Part shown: one piece after another, positions 37,274 to 45,231 of the stretch
Position numbering within the stretch: the first letter of the stretch is position 1
How the letters are laid out: each line of letters starts with the position of its first letter
From: a virus
DNA length: 49,370 nt
Direction: 5' to 3' (one strand)
IMG/VR virus record: IMGVR_UViG_3300048909_000032
The notes under the pieces: model-generated
Database searches by the model: none
What the model saw: the letters and a program-made list of their open reading frames with translations, nothing else
Told to the model about the DNA's origin: nothing
Position numbers and translations under genes: made by a program

Positions 37274-37890
37274 GCACCATGAGCATATTTGCCAAGACCC
37301 TGCCGAAGATTGGATCTCTGGAGTTCGACGCCAAACTGGAAGGCGCCACCAACAAAAGCGTCTACCTCACCCAGTTTCCGGTTGAGTTCGGCGCCAACAT
37401 GAACGACCACGCGATACTCCTGCCGAACCGTTACCTGCTGACCGGGGCCGTGTCGAATAGCCCGCTCGGCCTGGACCTGAACGACGTCGGCATGATGGGT
37501 GTCGGCGCGGTGGCATCTGCCGTCGGTGGCGTCGGTGGAGCGGCAATCAGCGCCGTCTCGGCCTACCTGCTGTCCGGCAGTGACAAAACCCGTGCCGCCA
37601 CGGCCTGGGCTTCACTGACCGCCATTCTGGAGGCTCGCGCCAAGTTCGATCTGGACACCGGCATGGAAATCATGCGCGACATGATGTTGGTTCGTCTGGA
37701 TCAGCGTACCCGGCCCGAGGACGAAGACGGCTTGATATTCATCGCCGAGCTTCAACAGGTTCGCATCGTCAAGTCGAAGGTCGGCAAGGGCGTGACCTCG
37801 GCGGATCAGCTCATGCAGAACGATACGGTAACCACGCAAGGAGCACCGATGGTCGACAACGGTGACACATCGGTCGAGGTGATCCAATGA
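37270..37890 (+). CDS. Baseplate/distal-tail protein, hypothetical
   Basis: Track ORF. ATGA overlap with the tape measure gene. Confidence 0.5.
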   Translation: MSTMSIFAKTLPKIGSLEFDAKLEGATNKSVYLTQFPVEFGANMNDHAILLPNRYLLTGAVSNSPLGLDLNDVGMMGVGAVASAVGGVGGAAISAVSAYLLSGSDKTRAATAWASLTAILEARAKFDLDTGMEIMRDMMLVRLDQRTRPEDEDGLIFIAELQQVRIVKSKVGKGVTSADQLMQNDTVTTQGAPMVDNGDTSVEVIQ

Positions 37891-38189
37891 GCCGCTACAA
37901 GGTCGCCATGGCCGCCCTGCCCGCGCCGAAGTTCAGCGCGCGACTGGGCAAGAGCACCCTGACCATCGAGCTGCAATGGATGGCCCGGCTGGAAGTATTC
38001 CGCGTCAACATCCTGACCTCGACAGGCGTGATCCTGACCGCGGGGCGCTTCCTGCAACCCGGTTCCGACCTGCTCGCCGGCCTCTACCCGCCACCGAAGA
38101 ACACCTACGGCTCCCTGATCCTGGAGGGCGACCAACCGACCCCGGGCAACCTGGGGGTCACCAACCTGCTGGTATGGTCCGATGAGTGA
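37887..38189 (+). CDS. Baseplate-region protein, hypothetical
   Basis: Track ORF, coupled to neighbours. Confidence 0.5.
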   Translation: MSRYKVAMAALPAPKFSARLGKSTLTIELQWMARLEVFRVNILTSTGVILTAGRFLQPGSDLLAGLYPPPKNTYGSLILEGDQPTPGNLGVTNLLVWSDE

Positions 38190-39135
38190 TGAACTGTTCC
38201 TGCGCAGCTACCGGCTGAAACTGGGTCGTGGCAGTGGATCGAAAATCTACCAGATGCGCGTTGGCGAGATCGTCCCGGGCGACAATGACGGTCTGCGCAT
38301 CACTTTCCAGGTCACCCACTTCGCCGGCGGCGCGTTCAGCGTGGCCGAGATCACCATCTTCAACGTGTCGCAGGGCAGCACCAACCAGATGCTGGGCGAC
38401 GGATCCGAGAAACGTTACGAGTTCATTTCACTGGAAGCCGGCTATGCCGATCTGTTTGGCGTGATCTTCGTCGGGCAGATCACCAACGTGCAGCGTGTAC
38501 TTGAAGACGGTGGCGCCACCAAGGGCATTCGCTTCTTCTGCAAGTCGTCGGCCAAGGAGCGCGACGAGAACCTGATCAACCTGACCCTGGCCCCGGAAAC
38601 CGACCCGGTTCAGATCATCGAGGCCTGCGCTGAGCCATTTGGTGCAGAGATCCAGTTCTACGGCGACTTCTCCAGCCTTCAGCGGCGCTCGCGCGGCACC
38701 GTTCTGCAAGGCAGCCCCACCGCCTGCATGAATGAGCTGAGCGAAACATTCCAGTTTGACTGGATGGTCGAGAACGGCGCGATCAAGATCATCAAAAGAG
38801 ATTCCGCGCTGGACAACTCTGTCTATGTGATCAGCGCCAGCACTGGGATGATCGGCTCGCCCGTGGTCACGGATACCGAAGTCGGCATTCGCTACACCCT
38901 AAACCCCAAGATCAAGCTGGGCGACACCATCAAGCTGGAATCGATGGCGCCGCGCTTCGAGTTCTCCGGGGCGTTCTTCTACGACATCCCGCGCACGATT
39001 GGCGAGGGTTATTACAAGGTCAACTCACGGGTGTTTGCCGGGGATTCCCACGGCGACCAGTGGGAGGTCCAACTCAGCTGCCTGCGTCTAAGCGCAGCGG
39101 CACAGGCCGGCATTTCCGACAGGGCAACCCGATGA
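38182..39135 (+). CDS. Baseplate hub-like protein
   Basis: 317 aa, positioned before the spike and wedge genes. Confidence 0.5.
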   Translation: MSDELFLRSYRLKLGRGSGSKIYQMRVGEIVPGDNDGLRITFQVTHFAGGAFSVAEITIFNVSQGSTNQMLGDGSEKRYEFISLEAGYADLFGVIFVGQITNVQRVLEDGGATKGIRFFCKSSAKERDENLINLTLAPETDPVQIIEACAEPFGAEIQFYGDFSSLQRRSRGTVLQGSPTACMNELSETFQFDWMVENGAIKIIKRDSALDNSVYVISASTGMIGSPVVTDTEVGIRYTLNPKIKLGDTIKLESMAPRFEFSGAFFYDIPRTIGEGYYKVNSRVFAGDSHGDQWEVQLSCLRLSAAAQAGISDRATR

Positions 39136-39809
39136 GTAGTGATCCGCTTGCCTCGCGTACCCAGGCCCAGTTTTCCAAAATGCTGCGCGATGCGTTCGGC
39201 GAATACCTCAAAAGCAACATGCGCACCAGCGTGCCCGGCCACGTCCTGAGCTTTGACTCGTCAAGCCAGCAGGCCGAAGTGCAGATTGGGTTGATGCTTG
39301 AGGACCGTCAAGGCAATCAGGCTGAGCGCCGGCCGATCATCTGCGTCCCTGTGCAGTTTTGGGGCGCCTCGGGCGGAACCCTTGAATGTCGCGTGGGAGC
39401 GGGCACTGAGGGCGTGTTGTTCTTCAGCCAGGAATGCATTGACTCCTGGGTCGACCAGGGCGGCGTGGCGGTCAAATCCGAGCCGCGGCGCTTCTCGATC
39501 AACGACGCCTACTTCGTCCCCGGCATTCGCTCCAAGCCTGGCGCGATCACCGACTTTGCCAACGACGGCCTACGCCTGCGCAGCAACGACGGCTCGGCCT
39601 ACTTCTGGATTCACGACGACAAGACGCTGGAAGTGGGCGGTGTGTCGCTAAATTGCAAGTGCCCTGCCGTATTTGAGCAAGCGGTCAACTTCAAGCAAGC
39701 CGTGACCACTGAGACGACCATCACCAACCACGGCGTGAGCATCGGCTTCGAGCACACCCACAACGGCGTGCAGTCGGGCAGCGGCAATTCTGGAGTGGTC
39801 AACCCATGA
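39132..39809 (+). CDS. Central spike / baseplate assembly protein V-like (Gp138-N-like)
   Basis: ATG 39132 in an ATGA overlap. TSVPGHVLSFDSSSQQAEVQIG...PI..VPVQF.G is typical of the spike N-domain. Confidence 0.55.
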   Translation: MSSDPLASRTQAQFSKMLRDAFGEYLKSNMRTSVPGHVLSFDSSSQQAEVQIGLMLEDRQGNQAERRPIICVPVQFWGASGGTLECRVGAGTEGVLFFSQECIDSWVDQGGVAVKSEPRRFSINDAYFVPGIRSKPGAITDFANDGLRLRSNDGSAYFWIHDDKTLEVGGVSLNCKCPAVFEQAVNFKQAVTTETTITNHGVSIGFEHTHNGVQSGSGNSGVVNP

Positions 39810-40171
39810 CGGTACGAAAACTGGACGCTGACGGCGATCTGGCGCTGGGCAAGGAAGAATTCCTGACCGGCTACAGCGCCGAAGAGGTTGCGCAAAACGT
39901 CGTGACCCGCCTCAAGTTCTTCTTGGGTGAATGGTTCCTAAACACCACCGACGGCACCGACTGGTTCGGCAGCGTGCTCGGCAAGGGCTCGGCCCTGGCC
40001 TCCCGCGAGTCGGTGATCCGTCGCCGCATCCTACTGACGCCTGGCTGCGCCGGCATGACCGCCTTCAGCGTGACCTCGGATGCTCTAACCCGAGAATTGA
40101 CGGTCAGCGCCTCCATTGTCAGCACCTCCGGCGAAACCGCCGACATCAATTTTGTCCAGGCGATCATCTAA
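39806..40171 (+). CDS. Small baseplate wedge protein (W/gp25-like role)
   Basis: 121 aa, directly upstream of baseplate J. Confidence 0.45.
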   Translation: MTVRKLDADGDLALGKEEFLTGYSAEEVAQNVVTRLKFFLGEWFLNTTDGTDWFGSVLGKGSALASRESVIRRRILLTPGCAGMTAFSVTSDALTRELTVSASIVSTSGETADINFVQAII

Positions 40172-41430
40172 TGGCTGAAATCACCGAACAAGGAATTACC
40201 GGGCGCTCGCTCAACGAGTACCTGAGCGATATCGAAACACGGACGCTGGCGATCGATCCTGACTGGAACATCGACGCCGACTCTCCGGACGGTCAACGCA
40301 TCGGTATCGACTCCGAGCTGCTGGCCAACCTGGACGAGGCAGTAGTCGCCGTCTACCGCAGCAAAGATCCAGACAGCGCCACCGGTGAAGCCTTGCGCGA
40401 TATCGGCAAGATTTCCGGCGTACCGATCCGCGAGGCGACCTACTCCATTGCACCAATCACTGTGGTCGGCGCGGCTGGAACAGCCATACCGGCGAACTCG
40501 CAAGTGCGCAGTCGCATCGACAACAGTGTCTGGCTGACCACCGCCATTATCGTCATCGGCCTCAGCGAGACGGCCACCGGTTTCGCTACCTGCGCCACTC
40601 CGGGCCGTGTGCTGGCCTCGGCCGGTGAGCTGACCGTCATCGGCACGCCCTACCCTGGCTGGGCAACGGTCACCAATGGCGAGGCGGCTGCTGGCGAAAA
40701 CGCGGAAACCGATACCGATTTCCGCAAGCGCCGCAATGAATCCGTGGCTCGCGCAGGCAGCAACATGCGCGACAACATGGTGGCCAACCTCGCCAGCGTG
40801 CCTGGCGTGACCGATGTCAAGGTGTTGGAGAACAGCAGCGACGACCCGTTCGATGTCGACGGCGTTCCCTATTGCGGCATCGCCATCATCGTTAACGGTG
40901 GCAGCGATGCGGACGTGGGGCTGGCGATCTACCAGAAGCACAACCCAGGCACACCAATGCTGCCACGGTACAGCGCCAAGACTGACACCTGGATCGATCC
41001 GCAAGGGGCGAATGGCGTCAAGGTCGAAGTGACCTCACCCGTCACCGGCAACAAGGACACCGTGACCTTCCAGCGCGCCACCGGCCTGCCGATCTTCGTG
41101 CACGTCACCTACCAAAAGGAAGGCGACCTGCCGAGCGACATCGACACGCAGCTCAAGAACGCCATCGTCGCCGACTCGACCCGCCAGCTGTTCGACGGCG
41201 AAACCACCACCGGTTTCAACAAGGGCGGTTATGACATCGGCGAGAAGGTTGTGCCGGGTCGCCTGTACACGCCGGTGAACAAGGTGCTAGGTAAGTACGG
41301 CGACAGCTACGTCACCGCGCTGACCATCGGCCTTAACGCTATCAGTCAAGGCCTGACCCCGATCCAGCCGACCATCGCCCAGATCGCCACCTTTGACGCC
41401 GACAACATCGCGGTTACGGTGATCCCATGA
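40171..41430 (+). CDS. Baseplate J-like protein
   Basis: ATG 40171 (TAATG). SPDGQRIGIDSELLANLDEAVVAVYRSKDPDSATGEALRDIGKISGVPIREATYS is typical of the Baseplate_J N-terminus. Confidence 0.75.
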   Translation: MAEITEQGITGRSLNEYLSDIETRTLAIDPDWNIDADSPDGQRIGIDSELLANLDEAVVAVYRSKDPDSATGEALRDIGKISGVPIREATYSIAPITVVGAAGTAIPANSQVRSRIDNSVWLTTAIIVIGLSETATGFATCATPGRVLASAGELTVIGTPYPGWATVTNGEAAAGENAETDTDFRKRRNESVARAGSNMRDNMVANLASVPGVTDVKVLENSSDDPFDVDGVPYCGIAIIVNGGSDADVGLAIYQKHNPGTPMLPRYSAKTDTWIDPQGANGVKVEVTSPVTGNKDTVTFQRATGLPIFVHVTYQKEGDLPSDIDTQLKNAIVADSTRQLFDGETTTGFNKGGYDIGEKVVPGRLYTPVNKVLGKYGDSYVTALTIGLNAISQGLTPIQPTIAQIATFDADNIAVTVIP

Positions 41431-42086
41431 TTATGGACCACGTCGCGCGCGCCAAGTCGCGCATCATCAACGAATACCGCGACAAGCAGCGCATGATGCG
41501 CTGGCTGACCATTACGCCCGAGATTGCCAATCAGTATCTGGAAGCGCCGCTGGATACGCTCTATGGCAGCTACGACGTCGACACCGTGACCGGCGACATG
41601 CTGGACATCATCGGCATCATCGTCGGGGTGCGCCGGCCAATCCTGCGCGGTACGGCGTTCGACGTCTTCGGCTATGCGGGTAACGACAGCTACACCAACT
41701 ACAACATCGCGCCCTACATCGGTGAGGGCGGCATCATTGATGCGCCGCTGAACAACGACCTGTATCGCAAGATGATCAAGGCGAAGATCGCCCGCAACAT
41801 CAGCGACGGCACGGCCGACAGCATCATCCAGCTGGTGGAAATCATCATCGGCGTGAAGGTCACGGCGCTGATCTGCAACGGCGACAAGTCCTTCGACATC
41901 GGTATCGCCTCGGAACTGGACAACACCACGCTGTACCTGATCGAGAATTTCGACCTGATCCCGCGCCCGCAAGGCACGCGCATTGGCGAGATTTTCATCC
42001 TGCCGCCGAACATCACCAACATCGAATCGTCGTCGGAGCACATCTACGACTACGCCAACGTAACCCTTCCCGGAGATATAGCCTGA
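41427..42086 (+). CDS. Baseplate wedge/tail-fibre adaptor protein (gpI-like role)
   Basis: Position after baseplate J and before the fibre gene. Confidence 0.45.
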   Translation: MIMDHVARAKSRIINEYRDKQRMMRWLTITPEIANQYLEAPLDTLYGSYDVDTVTGDMLDIIGIIVGVRRPILRGTAFDVFGYAGNDSYTNYNIAPYIGEGGIIDAPLNNDLYRKMIKAKIARNISDGTADSIIQLVEIIIGVKVTALICNGDKSFDIGIASELDNTTLYLIENFDLIPRPQGTRIGEIFILPPNITNIESSSEHIYDYANVTLPGDIA

Positions 42087-42925
42087 TGGCACGACAGCCT
42101 TTTAATACGCGCTGGGCTCAGGGCGTGGAAACCGAGGACAACCTGAACAGCTTCAAGCTTCCCGGGGATGTGCGTATTTCCACCGGCTGGGAAGGTGGAC
42201 AGGACAAGGATGCCCCTCCGGCCGGGCAGGAAAACTGGTGGCATAACCGGGTCGACACGGCGCTGCAGGACATCGAGCGTCAAGGGGTGATGACCTGGCA
42301 CGCCCAGGCGATTTACGGCCTTGGCGCGCCCTGCTACGCCACTGACGGTTATTACTACGAGTCGCTGACCACCGCCAACACCAACAACAACCCGCTGACC
42401 AGCCCACTCTACTGGCGGCAGATCGGCCAGACGCTGTACGCGAGTTTCAGCATTGCCGAATACAAGGACGTGGCACACAACGGCGCTCCCGATAATGGCT
42501 GGCTGAAGTGTGTTGGCGCGGTCCTGCTGCGATCGGCCTACCCGAAGCTGTTTGCCGTCATCGGCACGACCTACAACACCGGTGGCGAGCTGAGCACGCA
42601 ATTCCGCCTGCCGGATTGGCGCGGTGTATTCCCTCGCTTTCTGGACGATGGTCGCGGCATCAACACCGGTCGAACCCTCAGCAACATCATCGAGCCCAGT
42701 CAGAACCTGGCGCACGGACACGGCGTGAATGACCCAAGCCACACGCATGGGTACGGCTCATCAGCATTTGGCACGGAGATGCAGGGCGGCGGCACCAACA
42801 GCTACGCCAGACCGGTCTTCGGCCAGACTAGCAGCGCCACTACAGGCATCAGCATCCAGTCTGCCGGTGGCGCTGAAGCTCGCCCCTCCAACCTCGCGCA
42901 AGTTCGTTGGATTCGATACCTATGA
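42086..42925 (+). CDS. Tail fibre protein with phage tail-collar domain
   Basis: FRLPDWRGVFPRFLDDGRGINTGRTLSNIIEPSQNLAHGHGVNDPSHTHG...ARPSNLAQVRWIRY. Confidence 0.7.
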   Translation: MARQPFNTRWAQGVETEDNLNSFKLPGDVRISTGWEGGQDKDAPPAGQENWWHNRVDTALQDIERQGVMTWHAQAIYGLGAPCYATDGYYYESLTTANTNNNPLTSPLYWRQIGQTLYASFSIAEYKDVAHNGAPDNGWLKCVGAVLLRSAYPKLFAVIGTTYNTGGELSTQFRLPDWRGVFPRFLDDGRGINTGRTLSNIIEPSQNLAHGHGVNDPSHTHGYGSSAFGTEMQGGGTNSYARPVFGQTSSATTGISIQSAGGAEARPSNLAQVRWIRYL

Positions 42926-43119
42926 GCCAGAAGACCGTTTACCAATACGACGCCAACGGCTGGTACGTGGGCGAAACGCTGGCCGATGCCGATCCGGTCG
43001 TGATCGGTAGTTGGCTGATCCCGGCCGGCTGCGTCGACGTCAAACCACCACTCTTTACCGCCGGCAAGATCCCCAAATGGGTCGGCTATAAGTGGAAACT
43101 CATAACCCCGCAGGTGTGA
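42922..43119 (+). CDS. Small fibre-associated protein (possible assembly chaperone), 65 aa
   Basis: ATGA overlap. MSQKTVYQYDANGWYVGETLADADP...IPAGCVDVKPP resembles tail-fibre-assembly N-termini. Confidence 0.4.
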   Translation: MSQKTVYQYDANGWYVGETLADADPVVIGSWLIPAGCVDVKPPLFTAGKIPKWVGYKWKLITPQV

Positions 43120-43121
43120 AT

Positions 43122-43571
43122 ATGGAAAGGCCAAAGAAGCGTCGTTTCACTGACAAAATGGAGGCGTTCTGTCTCGCCTACATGGAGACGGGCAACGCTT
43201 CCGAGTCCTACCGCCGCACCTACAATGTCGCCAACATGGCCGAGAAGAGCATGCAGCGCGAGGGCTGGAACCTGTTTCAACGGCCGCAGGTGCAGGAGCG
43301 GCTGGCTGAGCTAAGGGAAAAGGTCATGGACAGGCATAACATCACCGTCGATACGCTGCTGGCCGAACTGGAAGAGGCACGCCAGAAGGCCATGAATGCC
43401 GAGACACCTCAAGCCTCGGCCGCCGTCTCGGCCACCATGGGCAAGGCCAAGCTGCTAGGCCTGGACAAGAAGATTGTCGAAATCACCGGCAAGAACGGCG
43501 GCGACATCAAGACCAGTTCCACCGTGACCGTGTCCGAGAAGGTCATGAACTCCATCATTGATCGCCTATGA
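43122..43571 (+). CDS. terS: Terminase small subunit (P27/Terminase_2-like)
   Basis: MEAFCLAYMETGNASESYRRTYNVANMAEKSMQREGWNLFQRPQVQERLAELRE. ATG 43122. Confidence 0.7.
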   Translation: MERPKKRRFTDKMEAFCLAYMETGNASESYRRTYNVANMAEKSMQREGWNLFQRPQVQERLAELREKVMDRHNITVDTLLAELEEARQKAMNAETPQASAAVSATMGKAKLLGLDKKIVEITGKNGGDIKTSSTVTVSEKVMNSIIDRL

Positions 43572-45178
43572 GCGCCCTGCTCGATTGGGACTCAATGGAT
43601 GACGCGGAAAAGCAGGCGGTCAAGATTATTGGCGAGCATTCGCCGCTGTCCTTCATGCGCGTCTTTTTCCAGTTGAACCAGGGCATGAAGATGCTCTGCA
43701 ACTGGCACCACCGCTACATGGATCACACCGCGCTCAAGGTATTGTCGGGCGAGCTGAAGAACGTCGTGTTCAACATGCCGCCGGGCGGTACCAAGACCGA
43801 ATACTGGTCGATTCACCTGCCCGCCTACGCCATGACCGTGCTCGACCGGACGCGCACGCTCAACGTCTCCTACTCGAAATCCCTGGTCGAGGAAAACTCG
43901 AACCGCATCAAGTCGATTATCACCAGCGACGAATACCAAGGCCTATGGCCGTGCGCGCTGGGTAAGGCTGACGTGGCCAACTGGGTCGTTACCGATGATC
44001 GCGGGCGTAACAAGCACCAGATCTTCAGCCGCTCCACTGGCGGGCAGATCACCGGTGTACGTGGCGGCTATATCTCCGAAGGCTTCACCGGGTTCATCAA
44101 CCTGGACGACCCGGAGAAGGCCGACAGCGCTTTCAGCGCGACCATGCGGGCCAAGGCGCAGCGAATCGTCACCAACACCCTGCGCAGCCGTAGGGCGTCT
44201 CCGGATACGCCGGTCATCTGCACCCAGCAGCGCCTGCACACGGATGACGTGTCGGGCTTTCTGCTCAAGGGTGGCATGGGGCTGGACTTCGCGCACATCA
44301 AGGTGCCGGCGCTGGTCACGCGCGAGTACATCGCCAGCCTGCCGGATGAGATCCGCGAACACGCCGAGCGGGACGTTTTTAGCAGTCCATCAATCGTCCG
44401 TGGCGGTGTCGAATACTGGTCCTACTGGCCCGCCAAGGAAACCGTTGCCGACCTGATGGCGCTGTGGGATCGCGACCCGTACACGATGGTCAGCCAGTAC
44501 CAGCAGGAGCCGGTGGCGCTGACGGGCGGCATGATCGATGCCGACTGGTTCAAGACCTATCAGCAACTGCCTTTTCTGGTTTGGCGCGGCGTGTACGTCG
44601 ACACCGCGCAGAAGACCGGCGAGCAGCACGACTACTCGGTCTTCAGTCATTGCGGCCTGGGCGTCGACGGCAACCTGTACATCATCGAGATCCACCGCGG
44701 CAAGTACGACGCGGGCGACCTTGAGACGACCGCCCTGCGCCTATGGCAGCAATGGAAGACCTGGGACCAATACCGCCCGGCCGCCCTGCGTTACATGCGC
44801 GTCGAGGACAAGTCGAGCGGCACCGGCCTGATTCAGACCATCAGCAAAAAGGGCTCGATTCCGATCGAGGCGCAGCCACGTGGTCCGGCGGCCAACAAGG
44901 TCACGCGCTGCATGGATGCCGTGCCATGGTTCAAGTCGGGTCGGGTATTCGTCCCAGCCATCTACGACGACCAAGGCCGCAAGCTGGAGCACGTCAAGGA
45001 TCATCGTGGCGAGATCGTCGCCTCGACGGACTGGGTCACGCCCTTTCTCACCGAGGCTTCGGCCTTCACCGCCGACGACAGCCACGACTTCGACGATCAG
45101 GTCGACACCATCTTCGACGCGGTGGCCGACATGCTGATCAGCAATAACGGCGAATTCTTCTCCGGCAACTGGCTGTAA
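43568..45178 (+). CDS. terL: Terminase large subunit
   Basis: 536 aa. Walker-A-like NMPPGGTKT, then a DD-containing segment GFINLDDPEK, and a C-terminal acidic nuclease-like region. ATGA-coupled to terS. Confidence 0.85.
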   Translation: MSALLDWDSMDDAEKQAVKIIGEHSPLSFMRVFFQLNQGMKMLCNWHHRYMDHTALKVLSGELKNVVFNMPPGGTKTEYWSIHLPAYAMTVLDRTRTLNVSYSKSLVEENSNRIKSIITSDEYQGLWPCALGKADVANWVVTDDRGRNKHQIFSRSTGGQITGVRGGYISEGFTGFINLDDPEKADSAFSATMRAKAQRIVTNTLRSRRASPDTPVICTQQRLHTDDVSGFLLKGGMGLDFAHIKVPALVTREYIASLPDEIREHAERDVFSSPSIVRGGVEYWSYWPAKETVADLMALWDRDPYTMVSQYQQEPVALTGGMIDADWFKTYQQLPFLVWRGVYVDTAQKTGEQHDYSVFSHCGLGVDGNLYIIEIHRGKYDAGDLETTALRLWQQWKTWDQYRPAALRYMRVEDKSSGTGLIQTISKKGSIPIEAQPRGPAANKVTRCMDAVPWFKSGRVFVPAIYDDQGRKLEHVKDHRGEIVASTDWVTPFLTEASAFTADDSHDFDDQVDTIFDAVADMLISNNGEFFSGNWL

Positions 45179-45231
45179 CCCTACCGACCTTCTCGGGTCG
45201 CACTCATTAAATTCGCCCCAAGGAAATACGC

